Assembly: GCA_976226885.1 (NCBI GenBank)
Contig: OZ320313.1
Location: forward strand, 92,752,001-92,816,000
From: Iphione sp. A-MEVVRFRX5
Lineage: Eukaryota
Direction of reading: 5' to 3'
Length of the DNA: 64,000 nucleotides
In this document: piece after piece, positions 49,892 through 63,183 of the stretch
Numbering within the stretch: position 1 is the first letter of the stretch
Layout: every line of letters starts with the position of its first letter
Notes under the pieces: model-generated
The model's input: only the letters and a program-made list of their open reading frames with translations
What the model was told of the DNA's origin: nothing
Database searches by the model: none
Program-made: the position numbers and the translations under genes

Positions 49892-50037
49892 NNNNNNNNN
49901 NNNNNNNNNNNNNNNNNNNNNNNNNNNNNNNNNNNNNNNNNNNNNNNNNNNNNNNNNNNNNNNNNNNNNNNNNNNNNNNNNNNNNNNNNNNNNNNNNNNN
50001 NNNNNNNNNNNNNNNNNNNNNNNNNNNNNNNNNNNNN
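49892..50037. other. Assembly gap (146 N)
   Basis: Run of N. Confidence 1.
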
Positions 50038-50779
50038 AGTTTTTGTAAATTTTTCCCATCAAATTTGCCAATTTTAGCACTTTTACCCATCAGACTCTCC
50101 AGTTTTCATTTATTTTTAAATTATCTAACATAGGCCCACACACAGGAAAAGAACCGCATGGTAACCGACGGACCCGCACCAGACCTGCAGGTTTCCGCAC
50201 AATTCTGCCGATAAGTTTTTCAAGACATGTTCACAAACACACTCACGGGGTGGGGGGTGGTGGGTGGGGAGTTCCTATTGGACTGCGTCTGCGTGGCCAC
50301 TTTGCATGGCCACTTTGTTAAAGGGCTGTTAAAGGAATTTGAATGAACATATGTAAGATGAAGTAAAAATGTACAAAAGTATTGAGTTTCGTGAGAAAAA
50401 GTGCTATATATCGTGAACGTGATGAGAAAAATTGCTATGAGCACAGAATTTGTCACGGAAAGGTACTAAACGCAGTGAATTTGACAAGGAAAAAGTGCTA
50501 ATTGTGGCAAATTTGGCCAAAATTTGGCAGAAATGTGCAATTATCATAGTTTTTTTTTACGAGATCTAACCTATGTCCTTGCCTGCTACAAATGCTATCC
50601 CTTATATTCTGCTCACACGTTGCATGCATTTGTGCTGTGTGGAAAGCATGAACATGGACAGATAATGGACAAAGCATACTCATGCACCAACATAATGCAC
50701 ACACAATGCTGTCTGTTGCATCTTCAACAGCGTTTGATGCGCTACATAAGGAACTAAATGCATACTTGAAGTGGATGGT

Positions 50780-51070
50780 CTGTGAGCTCAAAGAAGTTAA
50801 AAGTTGATGGCAAAATACAGGAACTGATAATTATTTGTCAACGACTGAGGATATGCCTAGTCCACAGATAAGAAATGTTAGGGCTCCAAAAACCTAAGAT
50901 ATCTAATAGAACTCGAAGATCATGGTGTCTCACTCAACCAAAACACAGACCTGCAAGTTTTTAAAAAGAGCCTTTGGTATACAGGTCTATTGCAATGGAA
51001 CTCGTTACTGGAGAATCTGAAACTGTGTCGTAGCATGAATGCATTTAGGTTGCAGTTAAAGAAGCAGTAA
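50780..51070 (+). pseudogene. L2/CR1 LINE ORF2 C-terminal remnant
   Basis: FKKSLWYTGLLQWNSL.ENLKLCRSMNAFRLQLK matches the typical L2/CR1 C-terminus. Confidence 0.55.
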
Positions 51071-51654
51071 ATATTGTCTATTAGCTTGTAATGACAAAGA
51101 TGCGTTCTGTTGGTCTGTTTTCGGGCAGACCTCGTATTGAATGAGATGGAAACAATAAACTAATTTGAATTTGAATAATGCCATGTAAATATGCAAACAG
51201 GTTTACTGCAGGTTGGTAAAAGAAATACAACGCAATAGAAACGCTTCAAGCCCGGCCTAAGGGTGGCTGGGTGGCTGACGGGAGTGTCGATGCACTAGGT
51301 GAGATTGGAGTCTCAATACATACAAACAATAGTACCACGCACTCACTCACTCACAGCCATAACCAAACTTCAGACATTTCACAATAACAAGCACGCCCGC
51401 AACTTCACACAAATCAGTTATCCTCACCACGTACTTCACTGTAGTCTCTACTTGCTCTTCCTTCTCCCCGCTTCTCTCTATTTCTTTCCTTCTCTCCCTC
51501 TCTCCCTTGGTCTATCATTCTCTCCGCTTTCGTTTTCTTTCTGCCTATTGTTTTCTCCCTCTCCCTTGTTGTTCTCTTTCCTACCGTCTCTGGTCACGCG
51601 TTGCATCTTCCCCATCCCTCTCCCTGTCTCTCCTTCTCTGTTGTCATGTCTTCA

Positions 51655-52250
51655 CTAGGGGTCTATGACGTTTTATCGAATTCCACTATATCGAATGGCC
51701 ATTTGATCGAACAGACCTTTTATTGAAAGACTATTTATCGAAAATTTATATCGAAAAGTATGTGGGGCCTTAAGGATACACACGGAAAGCATGTTTCACA
51801 CCTAATACATGTACAATACACACAAAAAATGGAATACACATACATACATGTGTATTCCATGTATTCTAAGAGGGAGGGGTAGGGAGAGAGAGGGGGTGAG
51901 AGAGAGAGAGGGGTGGGGGAGGATAGACCAGTAGAAAGAGACAGAAACAGAAAGATAGTAAGGTAGAGAGAGGGGAGAGAAGAGCAGAGATACAGAAGCA
52001 AGGGAGGGAGGAATAGAGAGAAACATGGATACAGATACAGTAGAGAAGAGAATAGAGTTAGAGAAAGGGAGGAAGAGTGAGAAGGGAAGACCAGGACAGA
52101 GGTATAAGGAGAAAGGACAAAAGAGAAGGATAGGAAGAGGCCATTCGATATAAAGGGATTCGATAAAATGTCGTTCGATCAAATGGCCTATCGATAAAAA
52201 GTCTGTTCTATCAAATGGCCATTCGATATAGGGGGATTCGATATACAGTC
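51655..52250. mobile_element. Foldback MITE with multiple TCGA-core subterminal repeats and a GA-rich centre
   Basis: TATCGAA array at 51670-51760 is mirrored by a TTCGATA array at 52145-52245. Confidence 0.7.
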
Positions 52251-53035
52251 GGTCACCGTTCACTAGCTCTTCTTCATCATCTACATTATTTTATTTCTAT
52301 GCCCCATATACTTCTATATTATTTTATTTCTTTCGCCCTTATAGAAATGTCTGATTTCCTTTGTCAAGCTTGACCTCATTCACAATGAAGACTCCAATGT
52401 ACTCAGCTGCTTGACGAGATTTCCTTGACGACAGTTTACAGTACGGATACCGGATAAAACGTGCGTCTTGTAAACATTTTGACTGGTACTCCGAGACGCC
52501 CGCCAGACGCACAGGCCACGTGACAATAAACAGCCAACCAGAGAGGTTGATGGGTTCGTATGTCTGCAGCATTCATGATGCAGAAACCGCCGCTATGTTG
52601 ATCTTTTCTTTTCAATTCGAGGCATCTGTGGTTATCTATAGTTAATTGTTTGAGGTCAACGGTCGAGGGGGCAAAGGTTACAGTATGTTTCAGTTGAAAC
52701 AACTTTGCAGGAAAGTGATTCTTCGTACGGAAGACCTTCCACTTCCCTGTGTCTGCCTCTCTCTTCGGTCTCCTCCTCCCCATCGCTCACTCTTCCTCTG
52801 ATATCTACCTTACTATTTACTAGTGGGTGATGATACAAGGGACGTGACATATACCTGACTAGTGAATACCAGGCCATGATACTAGGAATGTGACATCTAC
52901 CTGACTACTGACTACAAGGCCATGATAGTGGTAACGTGATATTGATTTGACTACTGACTACTAGGGTACGATACTATTGGAAAATGCACCCGTTAGCTGC
53001 AATGTAGAGGTCACATATACAATGGGGAAAAAGTG

Positions 53036-53383
53036 AGGCATAAAAAAAATCTGTGTTTCAACTAACATGTTGAAAACAAATAAGGTTGGTCGGTAGGTGC
53101 TATTTGTTTTCTTTTTCTTTTTTTTCAATGTCAATTTATGCTTACAGGAAGAAATGTGTATGGTTATAAACCTTCTAATGCTTAGATATTTAATGAAACC
53201 TATATCAAATGAAAGCTAGTAACATAAGGAGTAATCTGGTGTATAGAATATGTTTCTGTCATTATTCATTTGTCATTATTCATTCTTAAGTTATTCAAAA
53301 AAACAAAAAAATAAATGTTGGAATTGGCTATAATGCAGAGTCGGTCAAGTTACCAGAAACACAGATATTTTTTGTTTAGGCCT
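53036..53383. mobile_element. MITE related to 22087-22384
   Basis: TIRs AGGCATAAAAAAAATCTGTGTTTC / GAAACACAGATATTTTTTGTTTAGGCCT. Confidence 0.7.
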
Positions 53384-56070
53384 GGATGATTAATGAGCTG
53401 CATTGTGAAGATCAGGGTACCAACATATCCAACCCACAAACACACACTCTGGTTCTTGCCGAAATTCCTTAAAACTGAAACAGGGAGATTGGGTTATTTG
53501 TGCCGAAATTTCTTGAAACTGACTTAAAACTGTGTAGATCGTGCCTTTTTTAGGCAAATGATATGCAAATACTTTGTACCTGGATGTCCAGTTTTCAGCT
53601 ACACCCCAAACCACTACTCCCCCCCCCCATCCTAATAGCATGGCATCCAGCTGGTCTCCCCTCCCTCCTAGCAGCCCGCCATTCGGTTGGCAGATATTAG
53701 ACCTGCAAATATAACTCAGCATTCTGACTGGACATACATGCCGACTGTAGAATTCCACAAACCTGGTAAGCTATCAAATTCTCATTTTTGTTGCTGCTGT
53801 GAATGGAGGTCAAATAACCTCTTCACTTTAAACTCCATAAGTTGGTCTGACGTCCACCAACTAGGCATTTACAATGTACCACTGGGCAATAATAAACCCT
53901 ATCTGATGTGTCTAAAGTTTGCATTCGGAGAGTCTCCCACAAAAAACCCTCGTTTTCATTTGTTCTGTGTCAAACTGGATTTCAGGATGCACGAAACTGC
54001 AGCAGCAATGAATACTATGCACCTAGTGCCGTTCCTGACACTCTACCCCCAATACTGAATGCCACATCTTACTATGCCTATGCTTATATCAGCTTGCAAA
54101 CGTGTGGGCCTTATTTTTCACAACCAGTCGACACAGAGATGAAGACCGCCTCATAGGGGAGATCAGCCTTTGGAAGAAGCCAGATTTGGTCACAATGAAA
54201 CAACTTTCAGTACATTTCCTATATGTTGGACAACCGAGGGAGAGACCAAAATATGCAATCCTAAAAGAGCAATTTCCATATTTTTTTTTTAAAAAGTACA
54301 TTTAATTTACCCTAATTTCCATTAGTGACAGGCAAACATTAACAAATATTGCTCCTGGAAGAAAATGTTCACTTGAGAAAGTGTTTAGCAAGTGATTTCC
54401 GAAGTTCCAATACCTAATTTATGGAACACCTTTTATCATTCTTGGAGTGGGGAATCCGGGCACTTCTGGCAAGCCAGGTGTGAACAAAGAGTTGTCAAAC
54501 CCACTTCAATAAGGATTTCAAAAGTATCATAGAACTCCATTGTGATAAATGCATAGGTTTATTATTAATCTAAATGACCTAATTAGTGTATGATTTAAAT
54601 CCCTTTTTAAAAAATTGTCATTCAGCAAAAATACTACAGAGGTGAAGAATGGGTGATAATCAGGGGTTTCTGCATATTCTAATGTGAACTGTAAGGGCTG
54701 ATGAAAACAATGAAAATTTTGCCATATGCACTTGATCCAGAGGTAGTTCTACATGTGTCTTTATTATGATATCATTGTTAGCTTTGAAATCAATACAAAA
54801 TAAATTTATGGAATAAAAGAGAACAATGGCTCAAGGCAGAGAAAACCACTTCTTTTCACCTCTATTACAGGCACCCTGACCTACATATGGGTAAGGGTAC
54901 CAGGTTTTTAGCATCTGTGACGTCATTCCCACTCCAAGAATGACTTGTAAGTATACATGTATCACACAATAATGGTGCATAATTATGTGCATTAGCATCA
55001 CTGATACAAATTTGATGCATCATAGGATAGTACATGTATTTAAATGGATACAATTATAATCTATGGGAAAATATCAGCCAGAGTAACTTCTCTTCAAAGA
55101 AACTGTGATTTGTTAAAGAATTGTTATAGAGGAAGAGTAACTGAGACCAATATCTATCATATTCTCATTAAATCAAATAATTATGTAATAATACATATAA
55201 TATTTATATTTGAAAATGTATCCTAATGTACATAATCATGGCTCTAATTTGCACTAGTTTCTTCGGTGAAGAATCATGAAGTACTTCAGACTTAGTCCCA
55301 AGATAAAGTCTCCAACACATAGTTATGAAGTTTTTTTATATATGTACCAGTGTGCTTCGCACGATTTTTGATTTTTCATACGGATTTTCGGAAGAAATTA
55401 CCTTAGTTTTGACGCTTTTCGGACGAATTCACCTGAGTTTTCCGGATTTTCGGACAATTATGCCTAAGTTTTGACGACTTTTAGACAAATTCACCTGAGT
55501 TTTGATGGTATTTTGGTGGAAATCACCTGAGTTTTTGCTAAAATCCGTTTATATTCACGAAAAGCGTAACTTCGCCGAACGGGAAATAACAATCATCCTG
55601 GTTCCCATACCTTAAGTTCGCATGAAATCGAGGTAGGGGTACCAGGAGGACTTCGGAATGTTACGCAGAGTGTTGTCTAATCGAAATTTATAGACAAAAA
55701 GTTAATGGAATCATATCAGAAAGCTGCATTTATGATTTATATAAGTTAATTCTATCTTGGTTTGACCTAAAATGGTCTCATCTCTCCAAATTTTAATGAA
55801 CAAAAAGCGAATCGACACGATTCCGCCATTTTGAATTGCCTTTTTCTCCCAGAATTCACTTAACCAAACCGGATTTCCGAGAGGATGCCTTTTTATATAA
55901 GTAGTGTAATAATTCATCATTTTAGATCCTTTGTAAGGCTTATATTCATAAACATGTATGAAAATATATACAACAAAGGTACATTTAGGCTATCTTGACA
56001 GGTCATGTGACTGCTTTTCCATGGTAACACAGTGTATTTTAACAAAACTTTAACTGACATGAGATGCCTT

Positions 56071-56543
56071 AGGCCCCCCCCCCCACACACAAAATAGGTG
56101 TGTTTCTGGTACCGACCACCCAAAAACCCAGGTAGGGAAGGGGGGTAAATTGTCATTCAGCAAAAATACTACAGAGGTGAAGAATGGGTGATAATCAGGG
56201 GGTTTCTGCATATTCTAATGTGAACTGTAAGGGCTGATGAAAACAATGAAAATTTTGCCATATGCACTTTTTTTTTAAATATTCTTTTCACTTTCATCCT
56301 CTGTTTCCAATAATAATAAAGATAATATGAAGAATTTTGACCAATTTACAGTTTTTGCTGAATTTCCATGGATTTTATTGTTTTTCTACTAAATTTACCA
56401 AAAGCATGTGCTGTGAAAATAGGTATCTTTAGAAGAAAATTCAGCCTTGGAAACTCTTTGGGGCCCAAAAATGTTTAGGCAGGGTGAGGTTTTACTAGGT
56501 AGGGTTGGGTTATCAGAAACACACCGATTTTTGGTTTTGGCCT
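56071..56543. mobile_element. MITE, inverted copy of the 22087-22384 family, carrying a 120-bp insert
   Basis: Reverse-complement similarity along its length, with TIRs at both ends. Confidence 0.8.
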
Positions 56544-57104
56544 GACAATATGATCTTATTCTATACTGTAATTTAATGGCTGACTCCTCCACTTGGTGTA
56601 ATCCAACTAATGCTAGCTCCCTTAGTTACTCCACTGTAATTCCAGTGAGGCTATGTCCAATTACTAACTCCAGGATAATTCCCTGTTGAATCTCCCACTT
56701 GGTAAATCCAACTATTGATAAGTGCTATCCTGTCTCAGTTACTTCACTGTAGTCCCAGTGCGGTTACATCCAAGTGCCAACCCTAGGTAGTCCAAGTGGG
56801 TTTGTTACATCCCCAATCAACAAGGTCCACTAGTGAGTTCCAAGTGCAAACTGTTTTATTGGCCACACAGGGCCCATATTTATAGTCAAACTCCTGGTCA
56901 CGTGATCAATACAATGTATCATTCATGGAATAAAACTGTTACAACATGTGGTGTGTGTCTTACTCTCTACCAATCATCTCATAGCAATCAGATACAAAGT
57001 TACAGGTGCCTGGGCATCCAGGGCTCAGGGCCGTACAACTTGCCTGTGGTGCCACAGGCCATGACCATTTTTTTAATTACTACGACATAGTTACCCTGGC
57101 TGGC

Positions 57105-57456
57105 TGTGGTGCCACAGCCGAGGTCGCTTCTAGAGTTCACCAAGTACAGTATACGTGTCTACCACTACATACGACTGCGGTGCCACAGTCAACATTAATT
57201 CTAGAGTTCACCAAGTACAGTACATGTATCTACCACTACATACGACTGCGGTGCCACAGTCAACATTAATTCTAGAGTTCACCAAGTACAGTACATGTAT
57301 CTACCACTGTATACGACTGCAGTGCCACAGTCAACGTCCGTTCTAGAGTTCACCAAGTACACTACATGTGTCTACCACTACATACGACTGCGAGGCCACA
57401 GTCAGCGTTAATTCTAGAGTTCACCAAGTACAGTACAAGTGGCTGTGGTGCCACAG
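57105..57456. repeat. 71-bp minisatellite (~5 copies)
   Basis: CTAGAGTTCACCAAGTAC at 57130, 57201, 57272, 57343 and 57414. Confidence 0.95.
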
Positions 57457-59134
57457 ACAACATTACAATACCAAAAACCTTTGGCCATAGCCTTATCGAT
57501 CAAATATGATTGATTTTTCCATTACTGGTCCAAAAGGGGATAGAATACCTGACCAACAAAAATTTAGCTTTCTGCAGATACATACAGAGAACAACTACTC
57601 GGAATAAACTACTGAAATATGTTCCGGCAACCGTGAGTTGCTCACCAAGCAGAAAGTTATATAAGTGTCCAGGTAAGTATACTGCCTGGAAACTAAATCA
57701 TTAGGAGTATGAATAAGAACCGTCTTCTAGTCAACTAGTCAAACATGGGGGTGTTCACTTGTAGTGTACTGTGTTGTCAGCAACTTCTCGTGAATTCCTC
57801 ACCTGGCAGTCCATTATAAAGCTGTTATAATACAATCCCTGACTTGTTCCAGCCCAAAACCAAGGAACCCTTGCCCACATGGCATAAACCGCATTCAATT
57901 CAACACTATTGATATCGGGAATACAGGAAGAGAGAGAGGGAGAAAGAAACAGAGTGTGAGAAAGAGCAAGAAACAGGGAGAGAGAGGGAGAGAGAGAAGC
58001 AGCTAAACTATACTTCCTACTATAATGCAGAGAGCGATAATCCTTGGACACGGATTACACACGTCAGTTCTTTCTCATTTCATTGTCTACAGGTACACTT
58101 TCTTTAACACGGTAGAGAGTCCTAATCCTTGGATACGGATTAGGACTGGTCAGTTCAACCTCGTTACTTTGTCTACACTTCCAAATGCTCGAGAGGATGG
58201 CAGACAGCCAGGAAACTACACTTCCTACTGTGCTGGAGAGTCTTCATTCTTAAATAGGATGCATACACATCAGTGCTCTACAGTGACTGTCTCGGTAACA
58301 CAGCTTTCCTGTCTCCCCGTGCTTATGATTTCTCTCAGTGCCTCTGTCCCTTTCTCCTTTTTTCTGCATCTATCTTTCTGTTTCACATTGTGTTTCTGAC
58401 TTTGTCCTTCCCTCTTTCTCTACTGCTCTATGTAGATGTCTGGATCTGCCTGTACCCCTGTCTCTACCTCATCCACCTTCTAGTACTTCCATTTCCATTT
58501 CTTTTTCATTTGATCTTTAACTAGGAACTAGATATTTAGCTATCTTCTAGCTCTTCTTCCTTATCCTCCTGAGGTACATGTATATACTAGCACTACTACT
58601 ACCATCCCTCCTAGTACTACTAGGTGGTACGTTCTTACTTATTCTCTACTAACTATAAACTCAATCACTCAACTGCTATTGGACCGTGATCCCACTCAAT
58701 CGTTTACTGTACTGAGAGTGTGTGTGTAGTTTTGTTAGGGGGGGTGTCATAGACTGGGGGGAGGGGTCAAAGTACAGACTCATCTGAGCTTTTACAACCC
58801 TCGGTTCTGCTTGACTGAATAGAGGGGGCTGGGAATACACCACTTTCTGTACAAAGTAGTGCCACATATATCATACGTTTTTAGTAATAGGCATTTAACA
58901 TATACAACAGATGAATAATCACCTCAGTCCTGTATTACTATATCCCCTTGGGCCAATCAGTAAAAGAAATAAGGTATATCTTTCAAACCACATCACTATG
59001 AGAGCACAGTTCTATGGCCGGACCACTTTTGGGCAACGTTTTATATGTGAAGTGTAACTGTGTAACTACGAGCTACTCGCTATGAATCCATTCAGTCCTT
59101 AGTACTGACTGTACTGCAAGTGGTGTCGACTCAC

Positions 59135-59359
59135 CTGTCCTGTGTTGACGAAGCCATGCGTTGTGGCGAGCCGGTCCACCTCCTCGTCCGTACATCCATG
59201 CTCCAAATGAACGGCCCACTGGTTTAGGTAAATTTTCTCGGGGCTTCCTCCAGTGTCCTCCTCCTGCTGTCCGTCTGCCGTTACGATAACAATTACTACT
59301 AGAACCTGCAGTAGTCCGGGTTTTACTAGCCGTCGGCGCACTGGCTGCAGGGCGCCCAT
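59135..59359 (-). CDS. First coding exon of a furin/kexin-type proprotein convertase (subtilase S8B): signal peptide and start of prodomain, 75 codons
   Basis: MGALQPVRRR n-region plus LLQVLVVIVIV h-region, then IYLNQWAVHL...ATTHGFVNTGQ. Ends at CAG|GTGAGT, a phase-0 donor at the position known after HGFLNLGQ in vertebrate furin. The paralogue (furin, PC5 or PC7) is not resolvable. Confidence 0.85.
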
Positions 59360-59735
59360 GCTGCAACAGACGTCCACCTTCTCCGCCTCCCTCTCTACTG
59401 TCTTCTACCGCCCAACTGCTATCGCCGCCTGCCACGCTCAGACTGACTCCCTCCTCCACTCCTGGCACTGATTCTCCTGCTCCTCTGTTCCCTCCTTCCA
59501 CTGCTGCTGCTGCTAATGCTCGGAGCGCGCGATGGTGGTGTGTACAGATGGGTGAGCAGATGGTCTTCTGGGAGCAGATGTTTTGTGCTGCTGTGGCGGA
59601 GGTGGTCGTGGTCGTGGTTGATCGCCCGCCGCCCGCCGTATTCACTCCCTTCACTCATTATCGCCCTCTACATCCCAGCCTGCCCAGTTCCACACGTTGC
59701 CGAGGTCGTTAATGTCACATGAAGCGTGTAGGTGT
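59360..59735 (-). other. 5' UTR part of the same exon
   Basis: Acceptor-like CTCTGTCTTCCACAG at 59750-59736 implies an upstream non-coding exon. Confidence 0.6.
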
Positions 59736-60049
59736 CTGTGGAAGACAGAGTATTAAGAATCTATTAAATCTGCAACTCTCCGTCGGGAAGGTGAGAAAGC
59801 AGTCCCAGCCGTACAAGACGCGCTCCCTGAGCAACACACGACAGTGTCGTCAGAAATAGGTCAGCTCTCGACCCTTGAACTCTGACATAGATCTAAGGTT
59901 ACCGCCGCCTCCGCCAAGCGGCGAGTGCATGTAAAATGCTCAGTGAAATGTCTGCTTGACAATTTCTTCCTGGAGGTCCGGTGTCAACGCTGCGCTTACA
60001 ACTCTCAACAGAATTCCAATTTCTTCCTATTCGTGGTTTAACCCTTTAA

Positions 60050-60859
60050 CCCCTTCCAGACTGGCAAAAAATGAAGTTTTTGCAATACGTGACTGTAGTT
60101 AAACTGTAGGTGAACAGTGTATTTGTATATGTTGTTTCAGTGTTACAAAAAAATGATTGAAATATATACATGTATGGGTTAATATAAGTTTTAACACTCA
60201 GAGCAGTGACATGCCTATTCTTTCTTGAATATACAGCTGGGAAAGGTACGAAGACCACCCTGACGTCACAGTGGGCTTGTTCATTCTAATTTTACTGAAA
60301 CAAAATGGCAGAAGCATGTTGACTCGATTTTTTATGTTGAGATTTGGACAGACCTTACCATTTCGAATGGAACCAACATGAAAATTATCAAAATAAATCA
60401 TAAATGCACCTTTTCTGATGTGTGTAGATGCTATTTTGATCAATATTTTGATTTATTCGAAGAATTTTAAATGAGTGTGTCATGTTCACTTGATACCATG
60501 TCAACAGAAACTGCATTCAGTGTGCATGCTCAACCCATTTTTTAGTAGGTCAAGCATGCGCAGTACACTAGGTGAGGGACACTCAATGTAAACATGCCAA
60601 AAGTTTGCCAAGAAGGATAAAGAATTGACCAAAAAGGGTTTAAATTTGGTAATTATCATTGTTAGAACCACTTTTAACCATGTTTTCCTGTAAAAGGTAG
60701 GAATAATTGAGCACTTAAACCTCGGGGCAGGACGCCCCAAGGTTTTCGTTCTTAATCAGCTCGACCTTTCCCTCACACCCATTGTTAAATGATTAGACTT
60801 GTGGTATACTTATCATTGTGCAAATATGAGCGATTTTTCCATGGTCAGTTTGGAAGGGG
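60050..60859. mobile_element. piggyBac-like MITE
   Basis: TTAA|CCCCTTCCAGACTG ... CAGTTTGGAAGGGG|TTTA. Confidence 0.6.
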
Positions 60860-61359
60860 TTTACAACTGACAATGGTAAAATCAGACATTTTTGTCTGAT
60901 GATAGTAGGTTTGCATGTAGAAACATTAATTTTGCCAGTTCTCTCCATTTTTGTCAAAATATTCCCAGGAAATGGCATTTTTTTCAGGGTTGACTAAAAA
61001 ACTAGACTTTTTTTGACAGCAACGCTTATGAAAATGATCACAACTTTTTTATTTGCATAAATTTCACTCATTACCTGGCACTATGTTTAGTACTCTACAT
61101 GTGTCTTATGATGAACACAAGCCCTTGTATATTTCAAGTAATACCGTTGGCCCCCCCCTACCGGACCCATCCATTCCGGAATATCGTCATAACTGAAGGG
61201 TATTATAATTCCCAAGTATTTCTCTATATTAAGTACACTATTTAACCGGAGACCCCCTTTCCGTATTCGGATGAAATTTAGCTACATTTTTGAGCATTTA
61301 ACATAGGAAATACCCTCAGTTAACCGGACTAGAGAGAACAAAGGAAAAATGTCAGGGAA

Positions 61360-61612
61360 GCGCAAAACGATTATATAACAGCAATATGCAGGCCAGACGC
61401 TCCTAAAGGAAGAAACAACAGAGTGCAGAGGCTCAAAGTCAAATACAGACATGCGAAATGATTATATAACAGCAGCAAGCAGGCCAGACCCTCCTAAAGG
61501 AAGAGACAACAGAGCACAGAGGCTCAAAGTCAAATACAGACATGTGAAACGATTATATAACAGCAGCAAGCAGGCCAGACCCTCCTAAAGGAAGAGACAA
61601 CATAGCGCAGAG
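61360..61612. repeat. 91-bp tandem repeat (~2.7 copies)
   Basis: TTATATAACAGCA at 61371, 61462 and 61553. Confidence 0.9.
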
Positions 61613-61629
61613 AACAAAGAAATTTGAAG

Positions 61630-61838
61630 TTTTTTGACATTTTCTCCATGGAATATGCCTCAATCTTCATCAATTTTGCCATTTTTTGTCACATTCTCCT
61701 TGATATTTGCCGTTTTTGACACTTTCTCCATGGAATATGCCTCAATCTCCATGAATTTTGCCATTTTTTGTTCCTTTCTCCTTGAAATTTGCCGTTTTTG
61801 ACACTTTCTCCATGGAATATGCCTCAATCTCCATGAAT
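61630..61838. repeat. 82-bp tandem repeat (~2.5 copies)
   Basis: CTCCATGGAATATGCC at 61644, 61726 and 61808. Confidence 0.9.
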
Positions 61839-63183
61839 ACTGATTATGCTCCCATACTTTACAATTATGACAGTTTTTCACACCAGGAGGTGCATTGGAA
61901 CCCTTTAAAATCAATACAGATCGCTAATCAATAGTATCCATTAGGCTCCCATACTTTACTATTATGACAGTTTTTCCCACCAGGAGACGCATGGTGCTTG
62001 GGTCGCCACTCCGGAGCCCCTCGCAACCAGACAACTTTGCGCATTCTGGTACCCCTCCAGTTGAAGGGGGCCGACGGTATATAGATTTCTACCCTTTTTT
62101 GAAATCATACCATAGAATTTGATTTTTTGTTTGATTTTATGCAACTCTGTCATAGCTTTTCCTCTTTTACTTAATAGATAGAAAGCAACAGACCAATATC
62201 AATTTCATGTCCAGTAGATATAGGCATATATACGATGAGTATTATGCTTTACGATAAGTACACATATTAGAACTGTCAAATCGCTTGAAAATTTTATTTT
62301 TTAAACAAAAAAAGCATATAGAAAACCATACACTGACTAATAAGAATTTAAATATAGCTAAAATGATTGATTGATTATTTAATTTGTTACCATGGTAACA
62401 CCTGAAGACTGCTGATGCAATTTCAGTGATCCAGCTGATGCACATGTTTGATTGTTCATTTTTTGGTGATAGATGCAACATGACAGATCATCCCAGCCGG
62501 CACACCACGTGGCTGCCACGTTGTTTCAGGGTGTCAATTTAGTTGCCTCATCGCCAGACCATTGCAACGTGGTTACCACGTCCTAGCCACGTTGTAGTGT
62601 CACCCGAGGTAGCCGAGGAGACTACCATGTTGATTACATCACGTAGGGGACACACAGGGGGGGACACTTATGTTGGTGAAGCGTTATTGCTCCGTTTTAA
62701 TTCCTGGTGAAGCGTTATTTCCTCTTCAATATAGGCGTGAAGTGTTATTCAGCATTTTCTGGTGATTGGGGATCCATAAATATATTCTTGGTGAAGCGTT
62801 ATCAGCTCCTCCTTTAAGTGTTATTAGTAATTTTAATTCTTGGAGATGTGTTATACAGGACCCCCTGTCCCCCTCTGTGGACACCGTCATTGCCGATTTG
62901 GCGCGAAAATAGCGTGGGTAGCAGCCGAGGAGACTACCATGTTGTTTACATCACGTAGGATCGCCAAAATGCCGTAATTCTGTGTGTGTTCCCTGCCAAC
63001 ATTTTCGGCCGTACTGGGGTAGAAATTGTAGCTATAGACATGCTATAGCTCATTTGAAAGATCTCATTGAGAGCTTTCCAGTGCGCTATAGCATGTGTCT
63101 ATAACTGCAGTTGCTGCCCCGCCACGGCTGAAAACATACCGCAAAAACATACTGCGATGGCCGCCATCTTTGTTTACAACTTG

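Noticed and set aside
54693-54733. Hammerhead-like CTGATGA...GAAA (also at 56233, 34324 and 22072)
   Set aside because: No credible stem II, and no stem I or III pairing around a cleavage triplet.
57105-57456. CRISPR-like regular array (also the arrays at 42.8, 61.4 and 61.6 kb)
   Set aside because: The units are near-identical along their whole length with no unique spacers. There are no cas genes and the context is eukaryotic.
59073-59654. 193-aa ORF overlapping the convertase exon
   Set aside because: It has a GTG start, low complexity, and runs through the splice donor in another frame.
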